Positions 51,730 to 64,000 of a stretch of 64,000 bases of DNA are shown piece by piece. Location: positions 292,270-356,269 of the forward strand of contig JALMLS010000138.1 of assembly GCA_038496445.1 (NCBI GenBank), written 5' to 3'. Each line of letters starts with the position of its first letter. Within the stretch, counting starts at the first letter, position 1. The translations under genes were made by a program, and so were the position numbers. The notes beneath the pieces are model-generated. The model searched no databases. It had not been told where the DNA came from and was given only the letters and a program-made list of their open reading frames with translations. This DNA is from Trichosphaerium sp. ATCC 40318. Lineage: Eukaryota; Protista; Tubulinea.

Positions 51730-54700
51730 ATGTCTAACGTTAATGACGCAGCGAGGCAAGCAGCGTTAGTGCTTACGTCTGGAAACTCACCTCCACAAGC
51801 CATTCATGAAGCGAGCAACGTACGTAATACTACTACTTAGCTCTGTGTAATAAATAAACGCGACAAAGCGAGTTTCAATCAGTTACATTAATTGTTTTAA
51901 TTTAGTGGCTTGAAAACGTAATTAAACAACCGGAAGCATGGTCTATTGGCAAACACTTGCTCTCTCAACCGGTTAGTACACTTTTTGTATTAAAAGCTGT
52001 TAAATCGTCTTTTACTGCATTAAAGCGTATCATTACGCTAATAACACCGAAAAACCTGTGTTTTTCAGTAATACAATTAAAACTTATCACTCAGCAGCTC
52101 TATTTAACGTAAAACGCGTAGGAACTACCTTTACAATTCACGGGAGGCCAATTTCTTTATCGTAAAGTAAAATCACAATGGTTAGCCGTTATACTTGTCA
52201 ATAACATCTATCTAAAAATAAAACCAACAACAGGGCTCATTTAAGACCAGAACAAGCACAATCAATGAAAGATTTCGCACTTCAATGTGTCATTGCAAAA
52301 GCGTCATCTGCATCTTCTCTTCGATTTAAATTAAGCCAAATACTGGCTTCTATTGGTACGTTAAGAGATATTGTACTATTGTGGTGGCTTCCCTCATAAA
52401 ACTATCTAGCTGTTCGCACTATTTCAGATAAGTGGCAGAACTGCTTGCAGGATCTGTTCGGGTACAAAACGAAGAACTCCAAGAGTTTTTGTTGTTTGAC
52501 TAAGATTGTATTGTAGACTGATTCAAAGTCCTCCAAGTAATGGCGATACTATGAGTTTACAAGCTACTATAATACTTGTATTATCTCTTATACCAGAGGA
52601 AGAAGAAGATACATCGTATGGATACCAAAAGTCGTACGTTGAGAACCTTCACATTCAGAGAAAAAACAAGATTAAAATTTTCTCCTGGAGATTTCTTGTT
52701 GTTTTGTTTAAGCGGTTCATCGGATTTACTCTAAGATCTTAGGTCAGCAATCAAGAAAGTTTTAAAAAGCGCAGTACCTCAACTACTTCAATTGGCAATG
52801 ACATTGTTACAACCGAATACAGGTACGATACTCCTTCCACGTATAAAATACTTAACAAACTATTACAGCGCCACAAACACAACCATTAAAATTAGCAATT
52901 CTAAATTGTCTCACAGCGTGGGTTAAATGGGATATATCACTTCAGTACGCACTTACCTACGGTTTTTCAGTAAATATTGTTTTACAATGATTAATTGTCC
53001 AAAAGAGGTCTAATGACGAGTGGATTATACAGACTCATTTTCGAAGCAATGGGCACAGTTGAAACATATCAAAGCGGATCCACTTTACTTCATGAATTGC
53101 TCGATCGCTATTCAGTAAACTCAAAGGATGTACGTTATTGATTATTGTTATGAAAAAAGATGAAGAACAAAAAACACGTGATTTACGCTATTTTTAGATA
53201 AAGAACGAACAAGAAGCTATGCAAATCCTCGGACCTGTATTGAGCCTAGAACCTAAATATGACAGTGCTCTGGCTGGTATGATAGAAGCCACTGAAATTC
53301 GTATTAATTGCTTCATTCTCATTTTTTTCTTAGGAGGAATCCATGATATTTGTAACAGTACTGTACTACTTCTTTCAAAAGTAGGACAAAGAAACACAGA
53401 GTATTTTTCAGGAGGTAACGTTAACACGGCCTTACAGTTTTCTAAAACGATTTAAGGCCTAGGGAATGACTTAACACAGAAATTTTTATTATTTATGCTC
53501 AAGTGTACAGGTAAACCTCACTCCTCCTAAAATCATATATATTAACGCTATTAGGTCATCCACATCGTCAGGTGAGGAAATAGAACTAAAGCGATTTGAA
53601 AATCCTAATAACTTTTTTCGTAGATAGCTGACTTAACATTTGAGTTTTGGACTGCCTTACACAGACGTCATTTGAAAAAAGCTGCTGGGTATAAGCAAGT
53701 ATATGTCCAATTACTTCGCACATTACTGGGAAGTGTTGCCTATCCACCAAACTTCAACGGATGGCAAAGTATGTCATCAATATTGCAAACACATCGTCTC
53801 TTTTAGCTAACTTGTGTTATTAGTTCCAGAGCAGGAGGAATACTTCATACGCTTCCGTAAGTTAATCACCGAGCCTTTGAGGGCTTGTCAGCGTGCTATC
53901 GGAGAAGATTATTTTGCATTCTTAGAACAAGCTTTACGTGTACGCAGTACTGTCTTTGAACCGTTGTGTCTGCTTTGTTGCTGTTGCATGGTTACCAAGC
54001 CATCTTCTTTGCTTTTTTTGCGTTTGTAGTTTGATACAGAGGGTATGGTGGCTCATTGCTACCTAAGGCTATCCTAGTGCTAGTTTTCGTTGCTAAACGT
54101 CGGTAGGAAGTTACAACATGGCAACAAACTGAAGCTGCATATCTTCTTGCTGTTTCTGTTTCTAAAGATATTCCTGTAACTCAAATGAAAGTTGGTTCTT
54201 TTGTAGCACATGCATTACAGAGTCCTGGACATCCTCTTCTTCAAAAAACAGCTCTTGACTTGCTTGGTACTCGAGTTTTCTGATTTTGTTCTTTTTTTTT
54301 TTTCATAGCAAGTTACTGACTTTGTAGCCTCATACTCTGGTTGGTGTCAAAGAAATGGTGCCACGATGGTAAAACAGATTGTAGATTTCATAATGCCTTG
54401 CTTGTTACAGCAACACGTTACAGTACAACGTGAGTTTTTTAAGGATTGTAGTTTTTTTTATAGTTGTGTTAATTTTCTGGTAGATGCCGCTGCTTTAGCT
54501 CTAGCAGCTATTTGTAAATCATGCAAAGATATTCTAGTACAACATATAAATCCTATATTACGACAATACACACAAATAGCAAATAGAATTAGGGTACACT
54601 GGGTTCTTTTATTCTTTAGTTTTTACCATTGCACTACTGTATAATGTTTAACGGAGTGTAGAAAAAAGACAGAATCTTGGTCATTGAAGCATCAATTGTA

Positions 54701-56528
54701 CTAATATATTGCCTTCAATATCAACAAATAGTTTTGGCACTCAAAGCGTTAAATGATCCTTCAGAGAAGCGTATAAAGCAGCTTCTTAGTATGCCAATGG
54801 TAAATTGTATTTTCTGTTCTTCTAACTAACCCTTTAAAGAACGATCAAACATGCCAAGCACTTGCAGACGAGTTGGATTGTATTGCTGCTGGTTTTGGGT
54901 ACGCAAGAGATAAGCCATGTGGAGTTATCTACAAACAAACGATTACTATGCTAAGCTCTTTGTAGTGGCAAAAAATTAAACTCAAAGCATCCTCTTGTCG
55001 AAGAACTTCAAAGACTTTGGCCTACACTTCAAGCTGTTCAACTCAAATGGAAAGTTAAACAAGGAGCGCCAGTTATTCAGGTAAGAGAAACTCTTTTCTT
55101 TGCTCATGTTTGTAGTGAGAACACCAAGTTAAATTTTAGAAGGTTATTAACATAAAACTTGTCTAGGCGCTTTATGGTTGCTATTCGAAGAGCTTAGAAA
55201 CATGTAGTGGCATGTTTAAGCCTGTTTTGAATCCGCTTGTTAAGGAAACATTGACTTGCTTCAACAGTTATCCTTTCCCGTGTTGTTTAAATATAATCGC
55301 ATCAGTAGTCGGTATGTACTTTCTGTTAGCAAGCAAAATGTTCAACAACTTTTTTTTTTGTTTTTTTTTGACATTAAGTGTCTTAACACGTGTTTACCAT
55401 CTTTTTTTACGACTAGATCGATTTGGAAAATCCAAAGATTTAGCTGGTGCTCTTAATGTATTAATGAAACAGTTGGTTACACATACGCTACAGCTTATTG
55501 GTAATCAAGAAGCCAGTACGAAGCAATCTATTTGTGTTTGAACTTTTTTTTGTTTATCTTTGAACGTTTAGATATTCTGGCTCACTCTGAGCTTGTTGAG
55601 GCTTATTTCGGGTTACTAAGAACTACCACTAAAGTCTCAGTATCAATTTTAGTAAGTGATCAATCTCAACTCTCACTTGTCAATTCATCACTCGAGCTTG
55701 CTGTAAAGAGCTTATACAGTAAAGGTACAAAAAAAAAAAGGAAATCTTTTTGAAGTTTTTAAATCTTTGGTGTATTCACAAACTAATGCTTGACTTTCTT
55801 TAGAGCGAGGTGTACTCCAAAAAGTATTAGAATTTTTACAAAAGCTATTTTTTGGTCCACATGTAACAGAAAGACCTGAGGTATACATTTTGGAACTTTA
55901 CTTTGTTTCTTTTCTTCTTTAGCTGTTTTGTTGACATGATATTTGCTATAATGATTATTAAACTAACACTATTGATAGTGGGGAGGTTATATTACCTCAG
56001 TTTTGACAAGTGCAGGCGAGACGCTTATCAATGCACTCATAAATGTAAGGTTTTATCTTAAAGCTTCGTTTTTTGTTGTTTTCTCACCTTGGTTATAGAT
56101 AACTGTAAATTGTGGTATCAAAGACTTAGTAGGAACACAATCGAGTCTTCTATTCACACTTAGTAAGTAACACAGTCTTCTGTAAAGGAGAACTTTTTTT
56201 GATTATTTTTTCTTCATTGTTTTAAAGATTTTCCTTTCACGTGTTGTATTGAACTCTTTACTTGTTTGCTTCTTTGATATTTCAATGATTATTTTCATTA
56301 TTCTTATGTGCTTCTCTTCTTTTAGTTCAAAGGCACGGGGCACTACTACAACCTGCTTTACATAATGCAATTGGACGCCTTGAGTTTAAACCAAAAGATA
56401 AACAAAACATTATGCAAGTATTTCTAACACTTAATACACCTCAACGTTTCCGTGCATTTATGAAAGATTTTACTGACGTATGTAATGGCATGATGACTAT
56501 AGATGCTATTGTTGGGTATTTAATGTAA
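51730..56528 (+). CDS. Karyopherin-beta, transportin-3/importin-13-like
   Basis: IBN_N-like start (EASN/WLENVIKQPEAWSIGKHLL..FTGGQFLYRKVKSQW), LSLIPEE, LTFEFW, WQQTEAA; many in-phase helical exons. Confidence 0.8.
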
Positions 56529-57937
56529 TAAAACTAACAAATGAGGACCAATAAGCAGCATAGTTTTTGTACAGCTTTTTTTATGTGCTTTGTAAAAACA
56601 GTCACGTGACATTGTACATTACCCAGAAAGACCTGATTCTCGCCAGGAGTCCAAACTGGAGTTAAACCTTAATGATTTTAGAGAGTGAGATAAATGCAGG
56701 ATAGTATGATATTAATTTGTGCATAAGCGAGTTGTGTAAGTCACGATGATGTTCTGAGAGTGTAGGAATTTGCTGTCTTTGTGTTGCTGCAAAACAGAGG
56801 CAGTATTTTTTTTAATTGGAGTGAAAGTGTCTTGATTCAGGAAATTGTCTTTATGTCTATTTATGCCCTTGTCTTACTTTGAGCTAACTTTTTCCAAGAA
56901 GAGCTTTCTAGAGATAATAACATTGTATTCCTCTACCTTGCTGCTTTTAAGAGCTCAAAATAATATTGTTTGTTTTTTTTTAATGAAAATTTGTACAGCA
57001 AATTTTTTACTTACTAACCTGCGACCCCTTTGCTACAAACACGTAAATATTTACCGTATATTACCGGTGTTTGATTGATTGTTGACATTGATCCGTAGGT
57101 GCCAAGTTACAGATAAACAAAGATTGACAATTAATGCTTAATTCCGCCAAAAAGTATCTCGCACTAGGTATTCAAGCGCACTTTGGCGCTAGAAGTAGAG
57201 ACGACTTCCGCCTTCAGGCTTTTGGCCGTGACCCTCTTGGAATATCGCACAAAGATCTATGTCGCCTCTGAGTACGGGACTGTGGTACATGCTTTGAATT
57301 TGCAAACGTACTAGCGTGATGTATGATGATATGTTGAATTTAATGAAGAGACATGTTTCGTTTGTTGCTGCGTTCTGTTGTAATATGGAATCTGAACAAT
57401 ATATGTGGCTACAAGAATCTGTAGTGTAGGTGCTGTCGAGGGATCTTTGTTGGTTTATTGTTGCACGTTATAAATACTCGTGCAAAAGACTCAAAGGTCA
57501 TTGGTGTTTTTTTTTTGATAAATTGTTGCGAAAACACGTGAATACAATATATTTTGTGTTGGTTTGTTCAACTGCAAAACGTATAGGAACACCTGTAAGC
57601 AAGGCGCTTTTATGTATTGTTTTTTGAAAAATATTACACGTGATAGTTTCGTGCAATGTGTCTACTAAAACTTATTGAAATCAGACTAGTGCTGGAAGCA
57701 ATAGTGCTTAGGGATGTTAAAACAAGCGGTACAACCTAGAACTAAACCAAAACGGTTGCAACAAGCTTGAAACAACTTTCGTAGTAAATATTTATGCTAT
57801 AATTTGTACTTTTTGTATTACAGTGTTATGGCCATAGTGCTACAGAAAAAGAAATAGCCTTGGTACAGTATTTGTTGCAAAGTACTGTTCTTTGGTTGTT
57901 AGTAGAACATCAGACAGATACTGTAATTGTTAAAAAG

Positions 57938-59218
57938 TTAGATACTTTCATGCAATTTGATGCCTCTCCTTTTCAAAGCCTTTTTAACTGTTGCAGATTT
58001 TATACTGTGGTATAATTCTTTTAAAGCAACCAGTTTAAGTGTACCTTCGCCATTTATATTTGCACATCCTTCAATGCTAAGCTGTTTCACACAAACAAGA
58101 GATGTAATACCAACATCCGTTATAGATGAACCTGAGATATCAATTACTGTTGCACTACCCAACCCTTTGAGTGCCTCATCTGTTATGCTTGTCTCTGCTA
58201 AATCAATGGTATGTACACCAGCCAATGCTTTGACACCTTCATCTGTTATAAGTTTACAATCCCACAACAGTATAGTGTGCACGCCTGCCAATGCCTTTAA
58301 GCCTTCATCTGTTACGCGTGTGGTTGTTAAATCAATCTCATGAACACCAGCCAAAGCTTTGATACCCTCATCTGTCACACTGGTGCTTGTTAAATTGATT
58401 GTGTGAACTCCAGCCAAAGCTTTTACACCTTCATCTGTTATTTTCTTACAACTCCATAACACAATAGTGTGTACACCTGCTAATGACTTCAATCCTTCGT
58501 CTGTAATGTCAGTAAATGCAGCAGAGACTTTATGGACACCAGACAAAGCCCTGAATCCTTTATCAGTTATATCTCTACAATGCCTCAAGTTGATGCTGTG
58601 TACACCACCAACTTTCAAAGCCTCAAGACCGTTACTTGTTATAGCATTACAACACTTCAAGTTAATGGTGTGTACGCCAGAAATCGCCTTCAATCCTGCA
58701 TCCGTCACATTTGGGTTGTAACTTAAATCAATCTCATGAACTCCAGACAAAGCTGAGATACCATCATCACCCACTTTCGTTTCTGATAGATAAATTGTAT
58801 GTACACCAGCCAATGCCTTGATGCCTTCATTACTCACATTTGTATCTTGTAAATCGATTGATTGTACGCCTTTTAATTGTTTTATGCCCTCGTCTGTTAT
58901 TCCTTTACATTTTGAGAGCTTTATTGTCTTAACACCTTTAAGTAGCTTCAAATGATCATCATTTACAATTTCAGAGATTAAGGATAATGAGATAGTCGTA
59001 TTCTGAAGTAACGGGCTTCCAGAAAGAAACGAAATCTGGGTTTCGCTTGTAACATTGATTTGTTTGTATCCAATATGATTATGTACGATATTATGAATAA
59101 AATGACACGTTTGAGCCGATTGTAGTGTAAAAGGGCCACATTGAAGAATATGAACTATTATTTCAACTGGCATCGCCAACAGGTTAGGTAGCTGCTGGTT
59201 TGACTCATTATTATTCAT
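57938..59218 (-). CDS. Intronless F-box/leucine-rich-repeat protein (paralog of 44005-45252)
   Basis: LLAMPVEIIVHILQ F-box; about 13 LAGVHxIxLxxxxxTDEG(I/L/V)KA repeats; shares SPLLQNT with the paralog. Confidence 0.88.
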   Translation of the reverse strand: MNNNESNQQLPNLLAMPVEIIVHILQCGPFTLQSAQTCHFIHNIVHNHIGYKQINVTSETQISFLSGSPLLQNTTISLSLISEIVNDDHLKLLKGVKTIKLSKCKGITDEGIKQLKGVQSIDLQDTNVSNEGIKALAGVHTIYLSETKVGDDGISALSGVHEIDLSYNPNVTDAGLKAISGVHTINLKCCNAITSNGLEALKVGGVHSINLRHCRDITDKGFRALSGVHKVSAAFTDITDEGLKSLAGVHTIVLWSCKKITDEGVKALAGVHTINLTSTSVTDEGIKALAGVHEIDLTTTRVTDEGLKALAGVHTILLWDCKLITDEGVKALAGVHTIDLAETSITDEALKGLGSATVIDISGSSITDVGITSLVCVKQLSIEGCANINGEGTLKLVALKELYHSIKSATVKKALKRRGIKLHESI

Positions 59219-60081
59219 TTTTTGTTTGCGTGGCTTGGTTTGTTGGAGTTGAATTACTTTGAATTAGTTAAAATTATTTCGACTTTTACAAAAAAAATAG
59301 GAAACATAGTTTTCAAATTTTGTGTAGGCTTGTATAATGACTTTATGTCTTTGTTTACACGTAACTGCTAGGTTCGTTGTTGAGCACAAACATGAAGTTT
59401 TATGTTAGTTTACATATAAGCATACTTGTTATATACACCATTAACATACTGTTTACAATCACGTAATTGTCCTGTTGAGCTCCAAATCATGTAATCTCCT
59501 TCTTTTTTACCATCGACAAATTCACATTGCAACTGGCCAATGCTATACCACTCTTACTCTCCATGTACTCTATCATTAAATACACAATCAGTCACAAACA
59601 GAAGAGCCACCGATTAATATGTATTTCACTACGTGTCATTGATGGCATGTGCCAGTACGTCGTTTTTCAAACATCTCAAAGCCCAACTCTTTCCCTTTTG
59701 TCACATTTTACATCTCCCTTCTAATGTATTTAAAGATGTCAGACGTTGTTTCAGTACTTCAGATGGCAGTGATATACCATGTGAAACATACAAGTGGTGT
59801 TGTTATTTTAAAACACTGGCCCCACCTTCAGGATCCTATAGAGTAACTTACAGGGACACGAATGTTGTTGAAATGTGTAAATATAATCAATAGGGGCAAT
59901 AAAAACAAAGATATTATGCTTTCGAGTTTAGTGACTAAGTGCCTTCAAGAGTATCCTATACTCGTACATTGTACAAGTTACTTGAAAGAATATTGTTTTA
60001 TTTTTGCAATCGCAATAAGAGTGTTATTAGTACAGAACAATTTGACCAAGGAGGGAATATCAAGCTACGAATACTATGCTT

Positions 60082-62030
60082 TTAAAGAGTGTTGTTCTTC
60101 TTTGCTTTCATGAATTTAATACGTTCCCTCAAACTGAATCCAAGATCTATCAGCACATCTTTATCAATTTCATCAATTGTTGCACCTGCATCGTTCATCA
60201 ATTCTCCAAGTTCTTGAGCTCTTTGATTTGCGATACCCAACCTCGTCAATATTGACTTCCAATCAGTTTCAACATTTAGAACTGATTGATTCTCGTGTGG
60301 TACACTGAAATGTGACTAAACAAACGCCATTAATAAGTTATAGCAAGAAGAAAGAAGCAAAGTGGTAGAGATATGTACCTTGTTGGCGTTGATAGAAACA
60401 TTTGGTTTATTTAGCCATGATTGTTGATTTAAAGCACTCATGTTATCCAACAACAAAGAGCTGATTCTGGGGTCATCTTCATCAAGCGTTGTACTATGAC
60501 TGTCTAGCAATAAAACGTTGTTGACAATGTCATCTTGTGGATTATCATCTGATTCGTCACACTAGAATAATGATCAGTTGTCACGTGCATTGTTAGTTGT
60601 AAAGACGTACTTTAAAATGTTGTAATTGCTTTTGTATTTCAAGGGCTTCAAGGGCATCTTGAATCATATCTAGATGTTCGGGAGCTTCTCCGAATTTGGT
60701 GTAATCACGTTTGGGATCAATCACAGCTTTTGATAAGTACATATCTTTTGGATCTTCTTTCAACTTTGCTTTCATTGCTTTCATATCGCTTGTAGCATCA
60801 TTGCTTCTGGCTCCGGTGCTTTGCTAGATTGTGGTTATTCAAAAATTATGTTTGGTTTTGTTTTGAAATACCTCTAAACTTGTTACTTTCGCTTGGTTTG
60901 GTGGAAGAGTTGAGGAATATTTAATACGCTAAAAAGTTTAGCAAACAAAAAGCTCACTAAAAAATACAGCAAAATAAAATTACCAGTTGGCGATTACTAA
61001 ATGTCAATTTTTGTGGTCCTGATTCACCATAATTGTTAGAGCCACCTGTGACCAATCTACAATCATGAGATATTGCCAAGGAATGAAATCGTATATGGGC
61101 AAACTCAAGATATTTTCCAGGTAATTTTAATGGTTTGTTTGATTTGAACGAATCAATCCATTTCCCATCACCCCATCCAAACAAACAACCTTCATCATCA
61201 ATAGCGAATGATGAATAATAACCAGCATGTACAGATATGATGTTATTGAGTCCTTTGACGATACCATGGCCATACTTGCAATCAATACCCAACCCAAGAC
61301 GCCCATGCGAGTTGAGTCCGAAAGAACTTACTTGTCCTGAATTGAGGAGAACAAGCACATGCTCGACACCAATGGCAATATCAATGGCATCTGAGATGCT
61401 TGAAACACGTGAAATTGTCTTTCGTTTCAAGAATAATGATTTATCTCTTGCGTCGTCGCATGTTGTTCCCCAAAGAAAGATATGACCTGTTGATGTCATT
61501 ACTCCACTTATATGTCTATTAGTTTGAATTTTCTTGACATGATCTAGACCTGGAATACGTTTTGGTGAGTTTACTTTCTTTTTGTCGAATGAATGACCCA
61601 ATCCATCTTGTTCATTACATCCCCAAGAGTAGACATGACCCGATTTTGATAATGCCATACTCACATAAAAGGCAGAGACTTTCGTGATATTGTTGAGATT
61701 TGGAACACGTGTTGGTGACGAAACAGGTGACGCAAAGTGACCCAGACCCAATTGACCATATGAATTATAGCCCCATGAATACACAATACCGTTTGAATCA
61801 AGTGCAAGGCTATGATAGCATCCAGCAGCAATACAGACGATATTTACGAGTGATTTTATTGGTCTTGCGATAGAACTCTTTTTTTCGTCTGTATTACCCA
61901 ATTGGCGGTAATTGTTTCCTCCCCACGTGTAAACAAAGCCATCGTCTGCGATTACGATAGAATGGTTGTAACCAGTGGCCAAACGGTTAACGTATTGTAA
62001 ATTAACCGACGATGTTTGAGGTTCTGCCAT
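60082..62030 (-). CDS. RCC1/BLIP-II repeat protein with C-terminal SAM-like helical domain
   Basis: GYNHS..GFVYTWGGNNYRQLG, AGCYHSLAL..VYSWGYNSYGQLG; further exons to ..EIDKDVLIDLGFSLRERIKFMKA..*. Confidence 0.85.
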
Positions 62031-62289
62031 ACTTATATTACGTTGAAATACAGATCAATTCAAAGCAAGTCTGTTTTTTCGGCACACGTGACTTGTAGTA
62101 CACCGTTTACACCAATGGGAATACTATTATCTGCAGGGGCTCTTTCCGCTATTTTCTAACTTTTAACACCAACAGAGGACTAGTAGCTCAATTAACGGCT
62201 CAGCCCAAAGTGACTTTACACATGAAAACAACTCGGAAACAACCTAAGTAATACTTCTGTCAAACGGTGTACATGTATTACACTAAGGG

Positions 62290-62501
62290 TGTACTAAAAT
62301 GTCGAAAAAAAAGTCGAAAAAATGTCAAAGTGATTGAACTGTTCACCACAAAGGGAGACAACTGGGTTATGGCACTCAGTCGCCGCTAGGCTCTGCCCTC
62401 CCAAATCCCCCTGAAAGGGGGGCTTTCTAAATAGTTCCTATGACATAATATAGGATAATTAGTGTGCTGAATTTTCGACTTTTTTTTGACAAAGTTCTAC
62501 A
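62290..62501. mobile_element. Possible MITE with imperfect terminal inverted repeats
   Basis: TGTA..TGTCGAAAAAAAAGTCGAAAA versus TTTTCGACTTTTTTTTGACA..TACA; GC-rich internal hairpins. Confidence 0.45.
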
Positions 62502-63024
62502 TATTTGGGTTTCCCACACTACACTAAGCACTTTTTAACAGTGGTGTATTAATGGTAATACATTAACTGAGAAACCTATGTTCAACTACGCAATGTCTTA
62601 CTGAATGATTTGTTGTGGGCATTCAAAGAATGAAAAACGCTCTCATGCATGTAAAAAGAATGAGAAGCAGGCTGTTGGACGTTTCTACGCGTAGGTATGA
62701 AAGTATACTATTTCAATTCACTGTACTTACGCCTACAAGATAAGGAGAAATATTTAATTCACGGTGGGAAAGTTAGCGTGCTACAGTACCGCCAGCGAGG
62801 CAGAAACAAGAAACCGATTATTATGGAGCTTTGTGGCGAAAAACTACAAAACTGCTCTTCTGTTAGGAAAGAGCTTTGAGCACCAGTTAGTAAGACAGTA
62901 GTGACACTAGAGGAGTTAGATTCAAAGTTATTGTTAGCCAAAGGAATTTTGGTGAATTTTTTTCCGTTTGAGAAATTTCAGCAATTTTTACCGTTTGTTG
63001 CGCTTTATAAGCAACAGTAAACCC

Positions 63025-64000
63025 ATGATGTATCATCTACGCAATGCTTTGGTATTTTGCGTATTTTTAGCCTTATTGCTGGGTACTCACGCTTCTGTTT
63101 ATTGTTGTTTGTTGTTAACGCTTATTAGTCGCTAATGGAGCAACTCCAAACGTGTTTTTTAATATTACAGCATTTGGGGATATGCCTGGGCAGAACGCGG
63201 TTCATACGGTTCCAAGCGTATCTCTAGCCACATTGAACTTCCAACAGCTATACGTACTGACTTTTGAGACAAGTAAGTGATTACAGAAACCAAACTGCAT
63301 TTTATTGCTCTTTCTCGCTTTTTCACGTACTCACTACACCTCCTAGCTGTCAACCCTACTGAAGTGTTCATGGGATCTTCTTTCTTTATTACAGAGCTTT
63401 CTGGTACGTTAACAGAGCACTGTAGCAATCACATATACCTTTACTGACGTATTGGTGACTGTTATAGGTTTACTAGCTGAATCTAGCACTTATGGAGGTA
63501 TGTTCATAAGATACGCCACGGATATGGTTATTCCCGAGTTTGATGGTGATGAATTTCCTGTTTTTTACTACTCAACATTATCATCAAAGTGGACATACCA
63601 ATTTGCATACTTTGATTCAACTGTGCGTGCTTTTAAACGTTTTTATGTGTTTTTTTTTTTTTTTGGAACGAACTAGTGGTTGCATTCTACGATGGATTAT
63701 TGGGTTACGTCTAACTTTATGTTTGTGATAGATGTTGCAATTAAATACTACAAAGTACGAGTTTGATTTCACAACTAGTGCAGGAAAATTCAATGCATTT
63801 CAAGGCACGTGATTTCTTTAATTAAAAACCCCAAAAACTGCTAAAACTTTGAGACTCATTGGATACTCAATAGATGGTGATGGCTTTCTTGTGTATGTAC
63901 TCACTGCCAGTACAAGTGTTTTGTATTCTGTTCCGATGCATCAACCACCTGTCCAGACATTTAATGGTACACTATTGATCCTGTTTTATTCTAATCCGTG
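63025..64000 (+). CDS. Probable secreted/membrane protein, multi-exon, may run off the window
   Basis: MMYHLRNALVFCVFLALLL start, GT-AG-bounded exons including ORF 63452-63676. Confidence 0.45.

Noticed and set aside
57957-58726. Plus-strand ORFs over the LRR gene (also 33266-33616, 14917-15426, 6171-6407)
   Set aside because: Antisense shadows of real coding regions
59390-60113. Possible small secreted-protein gene
   Set aside because: Could not assemble an in-phase, stop-free exon chain
1-64000. Alternative genetic code (stop reassignment)
   Set aside because: TAA, TAG and TGA all terminate well-supported genes, and long exons are stop-free; the few in-frame stops are in relics

Overview
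AT-rich, gene-dense eukaryotic nuclear DNA (protist/amoeba-like). Introns are short GT-AG with frequent GTACG donors and CTAAC branch points, so the ORF track fragments most genes; gene models below were spliced by hand. About 27 genes and several decayed fragments are recognisable: PPPDE/DeSI peptidase, a divergent DUF4397 pair, non-RD Ser/Thr kinase, signal-peptide-bearing DOPA 4,5-dioxygenase-family protein, TALE homeobox, SPRY protein, several F-box adaptors (LRR, ankyrin, MORN), ICMT/PEMT methyltransferase, RTX-like secreted protein, ARF GTPase, Get2-like protein, TPR protein, transportin-3/importin-13-like karyopherin and an RCC1 protein. The most striking item is a ~31-exon gene (29060-35887). 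It encodes a putative mitochondrial presequence, seven ~75-aa Trp-rich repeats, a degenerate PD-(D/E)xK/RAP-like nuclease fold, an acidic linker and a minimal ATP-dependent DNA ligase, with one apparent 1-nt frameshift. The second is a roughly ten-fold excess of the palindrome CACGTG, mostly in introns and intergenic DNA.
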